Shown: positions 18,240-28,601, numbered from the stretch's first letter. The stretch: 64,000 nt of DNA from an uncultured bacterium (GCA_963772035.1 CAVYVT010000005.1:98189-162188); one strand, 5' to 3'. Translations and numbers: made by a program. The notes: generated by a model not told the origin, from the sequence alone.

Positions 18240-19691
18240 ATGTCACCGGGCGAGCAAGGGGCGTCGCGGCCTCGCTTCTTGACCCCGTCGCGCTGGCCGG
18301 TGCGCTGGCGTCTCGCAGGGGTGTCTGCCGGCCTCACGTTCATCATCCTGCTCGCCTTCGCGGCGGTCGTAGGCAAGCTTTCGCAGGAACGCCTCGAGGC
18401 CGACTTCCGTAACGAGCTTCAATCAACCGCGAACCGGATCGCGTTCTCAATCGAGATCAACGCTGAAGATGGCTCCGTCGATGTGCCGATCGACGAGCTC
18501 ACCGTCGGCGACGAGGCCGTGCGCATCACACCGGCCGTCGGCGAGCCCATCAACATCATCGACGTCGACCTCCCCGCACCGGAGCCTGGCTCGATCGTCC
18601 GCTTCAACGACCTCGACGTTGCCACGGCTCAGGTCAACACCACCCTGGTAGGCGCTGGCGTCACCTACGTGCAGGTCGCACGCGACCATGACGAGCTCGA
18701 CGCGACCATCAGCCGCCTCTGGTTCTTCCTCGCCGTCGGTGTCGCCGGCGGCTCGATCCTCGCGACCCTGGCGGGGCTTGCCGTGGCGGGCCGCGCCATG
18801 GGACCGATCTCCGCCTTGACGAGCACCGCTCGCGAGATCGCCACTACGCGTGACCCGGCCCGGACGATGCCGAAGCCCGAAGCCGAGGATGAGGTTGCAG
18901 AGCTGGCGACGACGCTGGACGAGATGCTCCGGGAGCTCGATGCGGCCCGGAACGAAGCACAGGGCATGGTGCAGGCCCAGCGCGAGTTCGTAGCGGACGC
19001 ATCGCATGAGCTCCGCACCCCCCTCACCTCGATCCTCGCGAACCTCGAGCTCCTCCAGGACGCCCTGGAGCGAAACCCCACCGAGGGCGAGGAGTCCGAG
19101 ATGGTCGAGTCCGCCCTGCGCTCGTCTCGGCGGATGCGCCGCCTTGTCGGCGACCTTCTCATTCTCGCGCGCGCCGACGCCGGCCGCCAAGGTGCTCGCC
19201 GGCCGTGCGATCTGGCCGCGATCACTGAAGCGGCGGCCGCCGAGGTGCGCCCGCTTGCCCCCGAGCACAAGATCGAGCTGGCGCTCGAGCCAACGGGCAT
19301 CGAGGGCAATCCCGACGAGCTCCACCGCGTAGCGCTCAACCTGATCGACAACGGGGCCCGCCACACTCCCCCGGGCTCAACGATCACCGTGCGGGTCTTC
19401 CAGCGCGACCATGAAGCGGTGCTGGAGGTGGCAGACGACGGACCGGGGATCCCCGAGGCCATCGCTGGGCAGGTCTTCGGCCGCTTCGTTCGCGGCTCGG
19501 GGCCGGCTGACGTGACGGCCGACTCGGGAGCCGGCCTCGGCCTTTCGATCGTGCGCGCGGTGGCGACGGCGCACGGCGGAACGGTGGATGTGAGTGCTTC
19601 GAACCACGGCGGTGCGCTCTTCACGGTGACGCTTCCGATGCTCTCGGAAACACCCGTTGACGTTCCTAAGAAACTTTCAAGAGTTCTTTAG
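18240..19691 (+). CDS. Sensor histidine kinase (two TM segments, HAMP, HisKA, HATPase)
   Basis: H-box FVADASHELRTPLTSI, N-box LIDNGARHTP and G-boxes DDGPGIP and GAGLGLSIV. The start codon directly follows the regulator stop. Confidence 0.9.
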   Translation: MSPGEQGASRPRFLTPSRWPVRWRLAGVSAGLTFIILLAFAAVVGKLSQERLEADFRNELQSTANRIAFSIEINAEDGSVDVPIDELTVGDEAVRITPAVGEPINIIDVDLPAPEPGSIVRFNDLDVATAQVNTTLVGAGVTYVQVARDHDELDATISRLWFFLAVGVAGGSILATLAGLAVAGRAMGPISALTSTAREIATTRDPARTMPKPEAEDEVAELATTLDEMLRELDAARNEAQGMVQAQREFVADASHELRTPLTSILANLELLQDALERNPTEGEESEMVESALRSSRRMRRLVGDLLILARADAGRQGARRPCDLAAITEAAAAEVRPLAPEHKIELALEPTGIEGNPDELHRVALNLIDNGARHTPPGSTITVRVFQRDHEAVLEVADDGPGIPEAIAGQVFGRFVRGSGPADVTADSGAGLGLSIVRAVATAHGGTVDVSASNHGGALFTVTLPMLSETPVDVPKKLSRVL

Positions 19692-19802
19692 GGATCGTTT
19701 ACATCGCGGGCGTAATTTGCCGGATGGACGAGACACCCACTCGCCGGAGCGGGAGACCCCGCCGGCGAGCATCTCGGCCCCAGAGGCCGAGAACCCCTAA
19801 AG

Positions 19803-19846
19803 CCCGTCGGCTCTTCCCCTCCCTGGAGCCGGCGGGCGTTTTTTAT
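19803..19846 (+). terminator. Intrinsic terminator after the histidine kinase
   Basis: 11-bp stem CCCGTCGGCTC / GAGCCGGCGGG followed by CGTTTTTTAT. Confidence 0.75.
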
Positions 19847-19888
19847 GCCCCTCAGGCCGTCCGACTTAGGTGCCTTACACGAAAAGCA

Positions 19889-20269
19889 TTAGTTCGACAG
19901 CCCGGCGGCTTCGAGGGCCTCTCGGTGCGATTGGAACCATTGGAACCGCACAGCCAACCCATCGCGGACAGTCCAGACGTACCCGTGCTCGCCCTCTACG
20001 GGCACTCCGCTAACTGAACCGGAACCAGTGAATTGAGCAAGGACGACGGTTTCGTCCCCAGCGTCGACTATGCGCTCGACCTTGATCTCGAAGTCTTCGT
20101 AGGTGCCGCGTACGACGGCGAGGCTCTTTCGGCCGTGGCGGGTGCCCGGCTCCACGGCATAACTTGGATTCACGTACTCCAAGTCCGCGGCGATGAAATC
20201 CCGAGCAGACTCCTGCCGGTCCCATGCGTCGTAGATTCGCCGCACCAAGTCGACGTTCTCTTTCGACAT
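19889..20269 (-). CDS. SnoaL-like / NTF2-fold protein (second copy in the window)
   Basis: Start taken at internal ATG 20269, giving MSKENVDLVRRIYDAWDRQES. The N-terminal motif is the same type as in 10551..10961. Confidence 0.6.
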   Translation of the reverse strand: MSKENVDLVRRIYDAWDRQESARDFIAADLEYVNPSYAVEPGTRHGRKSLAVVRGTYEDFEIKVERIVDAGDETVVLAQFTGSGSVSGVPVEGEHGYVWTVRDGLAVRFQWFQSHREALEAAGLSN

Positions 20270-20323
20270 CCAACGCAGTATCCCGAACAAAGAAGAAGAG
20301 ATGGGTGCTTTCCATGCAAACCA

Positions 20324-20353
20324 CATAGGTGCTTCTCGTCCGAAGCACCTATG
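20324..20353 (-). terminator. Perfect 12-bp hairpin 29 nt downstream of the rnj stop (weak T-tract)
   Basis: CATAGGTGCTTC-(6 nt)-GAAGCACCTATG. On the minus strand it is followed by TGGTTTGC, so it may be a terminator or a stability element. Confidence 0.4.
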
Positions 20354-20381
20354 TCCGCCGAGCGGGGCCGCGGCGCTACGC

Positions 20382-22046
20382 CTAGACCTCGACGACGACC
20401 GGCAGGATCATCGGGCGGCGCTTGAGCCGCTTGTAGATGAGCTCTGCGACATCGTCGTGGATGTCTTCCTGGATGACGCCGGCGTCCGTGATGTTGTCGT
20501 GAACGGCGTCGGCCAGCGCGTTCTCCACGACCTCGCGGATCTCATCGATGAGCTTCACCGCTTCATCGCCCTCGATGAAGGGGACGCCGCGGAAGATGAT
20601 CTCGGGCGAGGTTGCGGTCGAACCGTCCTCACCTGAGAGCGTTGCGACGACGATCAGAACGCCATCGCCTGAGAGCGTGCGGCGGTCGCGTAGCGCGACG
20701 TCGTCGGGATCGCCGATGTCGACGCCGTCCACGAAGATCATCCCCGCCTTTACGTCCTCCGTGAAGCGGGCGCCCTTCTCGTCGATCTCGAGCGCGAGAC
20801 CGTTGCGGCCCTTGAAGATGTTCGTGGGCGGGACGCCGACCGACTCGGCAAGCTCCGCATGGAGGCGGATCCTCTTGTGGTCACCGTGGAACGGGAAGAC
20901 GTACTTGGGCCGCGTCAGGTTGAGCATCAGCTTGAGCTCCTCGCGCGAGCCGTGGCCCGACACGTGGATGGGCGCGTCCGCGGCCGTGACGACGGTTGCT
21001 CCGATCTCGTAGATCCGGTCGATCGTTTCGTTCACCGCCCGTTCGTTGCCGGGCACCGCTGTCGCGGAGAAGATGATGGTGTCGCCTGAGTGGAGCTCGA
21101 CGTCCCGGTGATCGTTGAAAGCCATCCTTCGCAGGGCGGAGAGCGGCTCGCCTTGGCTTCCGGTCGAGATCGCGATGACGCGATCATCGGGGTAGTTCTC
21201 GATCTCCTTCGGGTTGATGAAGATGCCCTCGGGCGCGGACGCCATGCCCAGGTTCGAGGCGATGTTGAAGTTCTTGCGCATCGAGCGGCCCACCAGCGAC
21301 ACCTTGCGGTCGAGTTCGACGGCCGCGTCGATCACCTGCTGGACACGGTGAACGTTCGAGGCAAAGCAGGTGACGATGATGCGCCCCTCGCAGCGCGAGA
21401 AGACTTCGCGCAGCGCAGGACCCACGGTCGCCTCCGAGGCCACGATCCCTGGGCGGTCGGCGTTGGTCGAGTCTCCGCAGAGACAGAGCACGCCCTCGGA
21501 GCCGAGCTCGGCTAGCCGGGCGATGTCGGCCGGGCGCCCGTCGATCGGGGTCTGGTCGAAGCGGTAGTCGCCCGTGATCAGGATCGACCCGAGCTTCGTG
21601 TGCAGCGCCACGGCGCGCGCGTCGGGGATCGAGTGCGACATGTGGATCGTCTCGATCTCGAACGGCCCGGCCTGGGCTCGCTCCCCCGGCTCGAGCACGA
21701 TGAGCGGAGCGTCCCGGATCTTTCGCTCTTCCAGCTTCGATCGCACGAGGCCAAGGGTCAGCGGACCGCCGTAGATCGCCTCGGGGATGCCGAGCTCGCG
21801 AAGCACGTAGGGGACCGCGCCCACGTGGTCCTCGTGTCCGTGAGTGAGGATCAGCGCGTCGATATCGTCCTTGCGCTCCCTGAGCGAGGTGAAGTCCGGC
21901 AGGACCAGGTCGATGCCGAGCATCTCGGCCGTCGGGAACATCACTCCGGCGTCAACGATGACGATCCGCCCATCGCATTCGATCGCGGTCATGTTCTTGC
22001 CGATCTCACCGAGCCCGCCGAGAGGCAGGATCTTGACCTTGCTCAT
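20382..22046 (-). CDS. rnj: Ribonuclease J
   Basis: 554 aa with metallo-beta-lactamase motif THGHEDHVGAVPY and beta-CASP and C-terminal domains. ATGA overlap with the dapA stop. Confidence 0.9.
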   Translation of the reverse strand: MSKVKILPLGGLGEIGKNMTAIECDGRIVIVDAGVMFPTAEMLGIDLVLPDFTSLRERKDDIDALILTHGHEDHVGAVPYVLRELGIPEAIYGGPLTLGLVRSKLEERKIRDAPLIVLEPGERAQAGPFEIETIHMSHSIPDARAVALHTKLGSILITGDYRFDQTPIDGRPADIARLAELGSEGVLCLCGDSTNADRPGIVASEATVGPALREVFSRCEGRIIVTCFASNVHRVQQVIDAAVELDRKVSLVGRSMRKNFNIASNLGMASAPEGIFINPKEIENYPDDRVIAISTGSQGEPLSALRRMAFNDHRDVELHSGDTIIFSATAVPGNERAVNETIDRIYEIGATVVTAADAPIHVSGHGSREELKLMLNLTRPKYVFPFHGDHKRIRLHAELAESVGVPPTNIFKGRNGLALEIDEKGARFTEDVKAGMIFVDGVDIGDPDDVALRDRRTLSGDGVLIVVATLSGEDGSTATSPEIIFRGVPFIEGDEAVKLIDEIREVVENALADAVHDNITDAGVIQEDIHDDVAELIYKRLKRRPMILPVVVEV

Positions 22047-22903
22047 CGGGTGTCCTCCGCTACCTCTTGAAGCGCCTCGCGAGCCGGCCCGGTGACGGGA
22101 ACCATCGGAAGCCGCTGCGTCTCACCGATCAGGCCGCGCATCGAAAGCACCGCCTTGACCGAGCTTGCGGGCGGCGCTACGGCGAGCGTCGCGTAGATGT
22201 CGGAGAGATCCCGGTCGAGGCCAAGCGCCTGGTCGTGCTCGTCCTTCGCGGCCGCGTCGAAGATTTCGCGCAGCCTCGGTCCGACCACGTGCGAGGCGAC
22301 GAGCACGCCGCCGGTGCCGCCCTCGCGGAGGCAGCGGGTGAAGACGTCATCGTTCCCCGCCATGACCGCCAGGCCTTCGATCGGCCCCATGTCCCCGTTG
22401 TTCGCCTGCTTGAGGCCGGTGATGTTCGGAAGCTCCTTGGCGAGCGAAGCCATGAACTCCGGTGACATGTTGATGACTGAGCGGGAGGGGATGTTGTAGA
22501 GAGCGACCGGGGTCTCGCCTGCCGCGTGCGAGACCTCCCGAAAATGCTCACGCAGCCCGGCTTCGATCGGCTTGTTGTAATACGGCGAGACCACAAGGAC
22601 CCCGTGCGCGCCGGCCTGCGCGGCCTTGTGCGTCAGGTCAGCGGCATGCCGCGTGTCGTTCGAGCCCGTGCCGCAGATCACGGTCGCGTCCGAGCCGATC
22701 TCGTCGAGGACGGCCTCGAGGAGCTCGATCGTCTCGCTATCCGAGAGCGTGGGTCCCTCGCCGGTGGTTCCGGCGACGACCACGCCGTGCGAGCCGTTCT
22801 CGATGAGGTACGAGGCGAGCTTGCGCGCGCCGCCGACATCAAGCGATCGGTCTTCGGCGAACGGTGTCACCATCGCCGTAAGGACTCCTTTGAACGGCGT
22901 CAT
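22043..22903 (-). CDS. dapA: 4-hydroxy-tetrahydrodipicolinate synthase
   Basis: Motifs TAMVTPF, GTTGEGPTLS and GTGSNDT. ATG at 22903 was chosen. An alternative GTG at 22939 would overlap the amidase stop. Confidence 0.9.
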   Translation of the reverse strand: MTPFKGVLTAMVTPFAEDRSLDVGGARKLASYLIENGSHGVVVAGTTGEGPTLSDSETIELLEAVLDEIGSDATVICGTGSNDTRHAADLTHKAAQAGAHGVLVVSPYYNKPIEAGLREHFREVSHAAGETPVALYNIPSRSVINMSPEFMASLAKELPNITGLKQANNGDMGPIEGLAVMAGNDDVFTRCLREGGTGGVLVASHVVGPRLREIFDAAAKDEHDQALGLDRDLSDIYATLAVAPPASSVKAVLSMRGLIGETQRLPMVPVTGPAREALQEVAEDTR

Positions 22904-22913
22904 CGGCGCAACG

Positions 22914-24347
22914 CTACCCGGCGAACGTCGGCGCGACACGCTCTGCCCAGGGCTCAGCGCGCTCGAGCTGGGCCGCGACCTGGATCAGGAGGTCCTCGCG
23001 GCCGAATGGGGCGACCAGCTGAACGCCAATGGGAATGCCGTCGGCTTCGTGAAGCGGCAGGGAAATCGCGGGCTGCCCGGTGACGTTGAAGATGGCGGTA
23101 AATGCACCCTCCGGGAGCGCCTCGTGGAACGCGTCCATGGGGTCGTCGCCGGAGTCGTCCCACGTACCGAGCGGCTGCGCCGGCCGGGCAGTGGTGGGCG
23201 TCAGCAGGAGATCGAATCCGGACTGGTACCAGCCGGCGATCATCCGCGAGATCACGTGATGAACGCCGACGTCCTGGAGGTACCGGCCGGCGCTTCGCTC
23301 CTTGCCGATCTCTGCAAGGGCCCAGGTGAGCGGCTCGACATCCTCGGCCGTCACTTCGCGTCCGACCAGCATTCCGAGCGTGCCCAGGATCGCGGCCTGC
23401 CCTGCCGCCCATCGGGTGAGAAAGGTGTCCTCGATGTCGATCGCGCTGCCCGCGGCCAGCGCGGCGTCTGTCGGGGACCCTTCCGTGACCTCATGGCCAA
23501 GTCCTTCGAGCAGCTTGGCCGCCTTCTCGACGGCCTGGACGCAGGCCGGGTCGATGTCGACCGCTACGGCGGCGGATGTGGTGAAGCCGATCCGAAGGCC
23601 CTTCGGGTCCACATCCAGCTCTTCCGTGTACGGGCGAGCGGGAGGCGGCGCCCAGTAGGGATCGCCGGGAACCGCCCCGTGAACCGCTTCGAGAATCCCG
23701 GCCGTGTCGCGTACCGACTTCGAAACGACGAGTTCAGCCGTCAAGCCGGAAAGATTGTCACCAGAGAGCGGACCCTCGGTAATCCGCTGGCGGGTCGGCT
23801 TGAGGCCGACGAGGCCGTTTTGGGCCGCGGGGATGCGAATCGAGCCGCCTCCGTCGTTTGCGTGAGCCATCGGGACCATGCCCGATGCCACGGCGGCGCC
23901 TGAACCACCGCTCGAACCGCCGGCCGAGCGGTCCATGTTCCATGGATTTCTGGTCGCCCCGTAGGCGTCCGGCTCCGTCGTCGGCAGGATGCCGAGCTCC
24001 GGCGTATTCGTCTTGCCGATCGTGACGAGGCCCGCCTCGCGAAAGCGCTGCGCGAGAAACGTGTCCATCGGCGCGCGAAACTCCGCCTCTTTCAAGAGCT
24101 TCATTCCCATGTGATACGGCTGACCGACGTAAGCGGCGCCGAGGTCCTTCAAGACGAACGGGACCCCCTTGAAGGGTCCATCCGGCAGTGCGCCACTCGC
24201 CTCTCGCCGAGCGTCTTCGAAAAGCTCGTGGATCACCGCGTTGATCTCGGGATTCACCTTCTCGACGCGCTCGATTGCGGCATCGACAAGCTCCGAAGGG
24301 CTCGCCTCGCCCGAGCGGACGAGCTCGGCCTGGGCTGTTGCGTCCAT
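22914..24347 (-). CDS. Amidase-signature family amidase
   Basis: Signature GGSSGGSGAAVASG and GGSIRIPAA. Start taken at ATG 24347 (MDATAQAELVR), 11 nt after the dapB stop. The track ORF extension to 24578 overlaps dapB. Confidence 0.85.
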   Translation of the reverse strand: MDATAQAELVRSGEASPSELVDAAIERVEKVNPEINAVIHELFEDARREASGALPDGPFKGVPFVLKDLGAAYVGQPYHMGMKLLKEAEFRAPMDTFLAQRFREAGLVTIGKTNTPELGILPTTEPDAYGATRNPWNMDRSAGGSSGGSGAAVASGMVPMAHANDGGGSIRIPAAQNGLVGLKPTRQRITEGPLSGDNLSGLTAELVVSKSVRDTAGILEAVHGAVPGDPYWAPPPARPYTEELDVDPKGLRIGFTTSAAVAVDIDPACVQAVEKAAKLLEGLGHEVTEGSPTDAALAAGSAIDIEDTFLTRWAAGQAAILGTLGMLVGREVTAEDVEPLTWALAEIGKERSAGRYLQDVGVHHVISRMIAGWYQSGFDLLLTPTTARPAQPLGTWDDSGDDPMDAFHEALPEGAFTAIFNVTGQPAISLPLHEADGIPIGVQLVAPFGREDLLIQVAAQLERAEPWAERVAPTFAG

Positions 24348-24357
24348 GCGGGCGAGA

Positions 24358-25026
24358 TCAGTCAAGAACGGCCTCCAAGCCAATTGTGTAGCGGTCTTTG
24401 AGAGAGCCGACGCCGCGCACCGCGAGGAGGACGCCCGGCATGAACGAGGTGCGGTCGATCGAGTCGTGGCGGATCGAGAGCGTCTGGCCCTCGCCGCCGA
24501 GGACGACCTCCTGGTGGGCGACCAGGCCCGGCAGGCGGATCGAGTGAATCGGCTCGTGAACGTTCCCGCCGGCCTCATTGATCATGTCGCGGGTCCGAGC
24601 GGCGGTTCCCGAGGGGGCGTCCAGCTTCTTGTCGTGATGGAGCTCGATGATCTCCACCTCCGGCATGTGCTTCGAAGCCTCGGCGGCGAAGCGCATCGCC
24701 AGGACGGCGCCGATGGCGAAATTGGGAACGATGAGGACGTTGGCCCCTCCCCCACTCGCTGCCTTGCGCATCTCGTCGTGGGGAATCGACGAGGTTCCGA
24801 CCACGATGTGGGTGCCGGCGTCGATCGCGGCGCGAATGTTGCCGGGGGCGGCGTCGGGCGTTGTGAAGTCGACGACCACGTCGACGTCGCCCAGTGCATC
24901 AGCCAGTTCGACTCCCAGCTCGGGGTCGATGCGCGCGGTGAGCTCCAGGTCGTCCGCGGCTTCGACCGCCTCGCACGTCGTCGCCCCCATCCTGCCGGCG
25001 GCGCCGGCAACACCGACCCGGATCAC
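24358..25026 (-). CDS. dapB: 4-hydroxy-tetrahydrodipicolinate reductase
   Basis: Motifs IRVGVAGAAGRMG and ELHHDKKLDAPSGTA. GTG at 25026 overlaps the upstream TGA (GTGA). Confidence 0.85.
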   Translation of the reverse strand: MIRVGVAGAAGRMGATTCEAVEAADDLELTARIDPELGVELADALGDVDVVVDFTTPDAAPGNIRAAIDAGTHIVVGTSSIPHDEMRKAASGGGANVLIVPNFAIGAVLAMRFAAEASKHMPEVEIIELHHDKKLDAPSGTAARTRDMINEAGGNVHEPIHSIRLPGLVAHQEVVLGGEGQTLSIRHDSIDRTSFMPGVLLAVRGVGSLKDRYTIGLEAVLD

Positions 25027-26306
25027 GCTGCTAGCGCCTCCGAAACCGATCCGACTGCGCTCTTGAAGCATTCCTCGTCCTTGCCTATGCAGGCGGCGCT
25101 GAACCCGTTCGGGTCATACAGCTCAACGGCAAGCTCGGCCACATCGTCTTCTGAGACGGCATCCACGCGCGAGATCATCTCGTCGAGCGAGAGCATCTCG
25201 AGGTCGAAGAGGGTTGCGCGGGAGATGCGCGACATTCGCGCGGCAGTCGATTCCATGCCCAGGACCATGCGGCCCTTGACGTGCTCCTTGGCGCGATCGA
25301 GTTCTTCGCCGCGAACTCCCTCGTCGCGAAGAGTGGCGAGCTCGCGTCCGATGATCTCGCACGCCTCGGCGACATTGTCCCCACGCGTGCCGACGTAGGT
25401 GGCGACGGAGCCGCGGTCGAGATACTGCTCGGCATAGGAGCCGACGGCATAGGCGAGGCCGCGCTTCTCGCGCACTTCGCGGAAGAGGCGCGAAGACACC
25501 GAACCGCCGAACGCGGAGTCGATGACTGCCAGCGCGTAGCGTCGCTCGTCAGAGCGGGCGATGCCCGGCGCTCCGAAACAGATGTGGTACTGCTCGGTGT
25601 CCTTCTTGTTGAAGCGAACCCGCGGTTCCCGCTGTGGCGCGCCGCCGTTCACGGAGGGAATCGCGCCCTCGGGAGCGTCGACGAACTTCTCGGCGAGCGC
25701 GACGATCTCGTCGTGATCGAGGTGACCGGCCGCGCCGACGACCAGGCTGTCCGCCACGTAGCGGCTGCGGTGATAATCGGCGATCTGCGGAACGGGCGTA
25801 TCGGCGATGACTCCGGCTTCACCCAGGACGCGGCGGCCGAGCGGATGCTCGCCATAGACGGCCTGAGCCAGAAAGTCGTGAACGCGATCGGATGGCTCGT
25901 CCTCGTACATCGCGATCTCCTCGAGCACGACCTCGCGCTCGGAGTCGATGTCCGGGAACGTCGGGCCGAGCATCATCTCGGCCATCAGGTCGAACGCATC
26001 CTCGGTGTGCTCGTCGAGAAAGCGGGCGTGGATGTGTGTGGACTCCTTGGAGGTCGCTGCGTTGGCCGCCGCCCCCATCCCGTCCATCTTCTCGGAGATC
26101 TCGATCGCCGAGAAGCGCTCGGTGCCCTTGAAGAGCAGGTGCTCCAGGAAGTGCGAAAGCCCTTCCTGGCCCTCACCTTCGTCGCGAGAGCCGGTCCTGA
26201 CCCAAAGTCCGAGGGCGACGGATCGGACCGAGGGGACTACCTCGGTCACGACCCGTACGCCGCTCGGAAGCGTTGTGAGCTGGACGTTCTCCGGAAGGGA
26301 GGGCAA
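25023..26306 (-). CDS. M16 family zinc peptidase (PepR-like)
   Basis: 427 aa with the inverted zinc motif HFLEH in GLSHFLEHLLFKGT. It has the conserved position next to pnp. Confidence 0.85.
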   Translation of the reverse strand: MPSLPENVQLTTLPSGVRVVTEVVPSVRSVALGLWVRTGSRDEGEGQEGLSHFLEHLLFKGTERFSAIEISEKMDGMGAAANAATSKESTHIHARFLDEHTEDAFDLMAEMMLGPTFPDIDSEREVVLEEIAMYEDEPSDRVHDFLAQAVYGEHPLGRRVLGEAGVIADTPVPQIADYHRSRYVADSLVVGAAGHLDHDEIVALAEKFVDAPEGAIPSVNGGAPQREPRVRFNKKDTEQYHICFGAPGIARSDERRYALAVIDSAFGGSVSSRLFREVREKRGLAYAVGSYAEQYLDRGSVATYVGTRGDNVAEACEIIGRELATLRDEGVRGEELDRAKEHVKGRMVLGMESTAARMSRISRATLFDLEMLSLDEMISRVDAVSEDDVAELAVELYDPNGFSAACIGKDEECFKSAVGSVSEALAA

Positions 26307-26330
26307 CGGCGCTACGTGCTGCGAGACGCC

Positions 26331-28601
26331 TTAGAGGCGCTCGCGGCCTCCATCGCGTCCGCCGCGGTCACGACCACCGTCACGGCCGCCCCTGCCGCCG
26401 CGGTCGCGGCCACCGTCACGGCCACCTCGGCCGCCGCCGCCTCTCGAACCGCCGCCGCCACCGGAGCCGGCGCCGACTGCGGCGAGCTCCTCGGGCGTCT
26501 TGCCCTCGACGGAGGGATCCTCGGAGAGCCTCAGGCCGATCCGGCCGCGCTCGCGGTCGACCTCGACCACGGTCACGTCGATCTCGTCGCCTTGTGACAG
26601 AACGTCCTCGACGGTGTCGACCCGCTCGCCCGGCTTCACGTTAGAGATGTGAAGCAGGCCGTCTGTGCCCTTGACGAGCTCGACGAATGCGCCAAAGGTG
26701 GTCGTCTTGACGACCTTGCCCTTGAACGTGTCGCCGATCTTGGCGTCACGAGTCATCGCCTCGATGCGGGCAATGCACGCGTCGACCTGCGAGCCGGTGG
26801 GTGCGTAGACGCGGATCGAGCCATCGTCGTCGATGTCGATCTCGGCCTCGAACTCCTCCTGCATGCCGCGGATGGTCTCGCCGCCCTTGCCGATGACCGC
26901 GCCGATTTTCTCGGTGTCGATCTGGATCGTCTCGATCCGGGGGGCGTGCTCGGACATCTGCTCGCGGGGAGCGTCGATCGCCTCGGCCATCTTGCCGAGG
27001 ATGAACAGACGGCCCTGACGTGCCTGCTCGAGCGCGTCGCGCAGGATGTCGAAGGTGACGCCCGTGATCTTGATGTCCATCTGGAGGGCGGTGATCCCGT
27101 CTTCTGAGCCGGCGACCTTGAAGTCCATGTCGCCGAGGTGATCCTCGACGCCGGCGATGTCGGTCAGGACGATGTAGTCGTCGCCTTCCTTGATGAGGCC
27201 CATCGCGACTCCCGCGACGGGTGACTCAACGGGGACGCCGGCGGCCTGGAGGGCCATCGACGAGGCGCAAACGGAGCCCATGGACGACGAGCCGTTCGAC
27301 TCGAGCGTCTCAGAGACGACGCGCACGACGTAGGGGAACTCCTCCTCCGACGGGATCGTCGGGGCAAGCGCCCGCTCAGCCAGCGCGCCGTGGCCGATGT
27401 CGCGGCGCTTCGGGCCGCGCATGAAGCCGGCCTCGCCCACCGAGAACGGCGGGAAGTTGTAGTGGTGGAAGAAGGTCTTCTTCTCCTGAAGACCCAGGTT
27501 GTCGACCTTCATGTCCATCCGGGTCGTTCCCAGGGCCACGTTGGAGAGGATCTGGGTCTCGCCGCGGGTGAACAGCGCGGAGCCGTGCACGCGGGGAGCG
27601 ATGTCGACCTCGGTCTCGATCGGACGAATCTCGTCCTGAGCGCGACCGTCGGGGCGCTTCTTGTCGATCGCGATGTGGCGGCGGATCATGTCCTTCTCCA
27701 CCTTCGCGAACGCCTTGGCGACCTCGGAGCGGTTGTCATCGTCGCCCTCGCCGGAGCCGAGTGCCTCGAGGACCTCTTCCTCGACGGCCTTGATGGCGTC
27801 CTGGCGGGCGAGCTTCTCCTTGACCTGCGTGGCTTCTTCGAGCTTCGAGCCGTACGCGTCCTTGATCTTTTCGATCAGGCTTTCGTCGACGCTCGGTGCC
27901 TCGAACTCGCGCTTCGGCTTGCCGGCCTTCTGAGCCAGCTCGTCAAACGCGCCGCAGAGCTTCTTGATCTCTCCGTGTGCGATGTCGAGGGCGTCAAGCA
28001 CCTCGGCTTCGGTCACGTAGTCGGCGCCGCACTCGACCATCAGGATGGCCTCGTCCGTGCCGGAGACGACCAGATCCATCTCGAGGTCCTCCCAGACGCT
28101 TTCCGCCGGGTTGACGATGAAGTCGCCGTCGAGCTTGCCGACGCGGACCGCGCCGACGTGCTTGGGAAGCGGAATGTCCGACACCGCGATCGCGGCGGAC
28201 GCGCCGTTCATCGCGAGGATGTCGTAGGGGTGATCGTGCTCGGCAGACATCGTCTGACAGACGAGCTGAGTCTCGTAGTGCCAGCCCTTGGGGAAGAGCG
28301 GGCGGACCGGGCGGTCGATCATGCGCGCGGTCAGGGTTGCCTTCTCACCGGCGCGAGCTTCGCGGCGGAAGAAGGAGCCGGGGATCTTGCCCACGGCGTA
28401 GTGGCGCTCTTCGACATCCACCGTAAGCGGGAGGAAGTCGACGTCGCGAAGATTTCCGACCGTTGCCGTGGCGAGGACCATGGTGTCCCCCGAGCTCACA
28501 ACAACTGCTCCTGACGCCTGTCGCGCCAGCTTTCCGGTCTCGAACGAGATCTCGCTTTCGCCGATCTGAACCGAGACGCGGTTCACGTCAAACATGCTCA
28601 T
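26331..28601 (-). CDS. pnp: Polyribonucleotide nucleotidyltransferase (PNPase) with RGG-rich C-terminal tail
   Basis: 756 aa with two RNase PH domains ([14 protein letters not shown]), KH and S1 domains. Tail: [43 protein letters not shown]. Confidence 0.95.
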   Translation of the reverse strand: MSMFDVNRVSVQIGESEISFETGKLARQASGAVVVSSGDTMVLATATVGNLRDVDFLPLTVDVEERHYAVGKIPGSFFRREARAGEKATLTARMIDRPVRPLFPKGWHYETQLVCQTMSAEHDHPYDILAMNGASAAIAVSDIPLPKHVGAVRVGKLDGDFIVNPAESVWEDLEMDLVVSGTDEAILMVECGADYVTEAEVLDALDIAHGEIKKLCGAFDELAQKAGKPKREFEAPSVDESLIEKIKDAYGSKLEEATQVKEKLARQDAIKAVEEEVLEALGSGEGDDDNRSEVAKAFAKVEKDMIRRHIAIDKKRPDGRAQDEIRPIETEVDIAPRVHGSALFTRGETQILSNVALGTTRMDMKVDNLGLQEKKTFFHHYNFPPFSVGEAGFMRGPKRRDIGHGALAERALAPTIPSEEEFPYVVRVVSETLESNGSSSMGSVCASSMALQAAGVPVESPVAGVAMGLIKEGDDYIVLTDIAGVEDHLGDMDFKVAGSEDGITALQMDIKITGVTFDILRDALEQARQGRLFILGKMAEAIDAPREQMSEHAPRIETIQIDTEKIGAVIGKGGETIRGMQEEFEAEIDIDDDGSIRVYAPTGSQVDACIARIEAMTRDAKIGDTFKGKVVKTTTFGAFVELVKGTDGLLHISNVKPGERVDTVEDVLSQGDEIDVTVVEVDRERGRIGLRLSEDPSVEGKTPEELAAVGAGSGGGGGSRGGGGRGGRDGGRDRGGRGGRDGGRDRGGRDGGRERL
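26361..26432 (-). repeat. Two tandem imperfect 36-nt repeats encoding the [12 protein letters not shown] units of the PNPase tail
   Basis: GCCGCGGTCACGACCACCGTCACGGCCGCCCCT (26361) aligns with GCCGCGGTCGCGGCCACCGTCACGGCCACCTCG (26397), a period of 36 nt. Confidence 0.6.
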
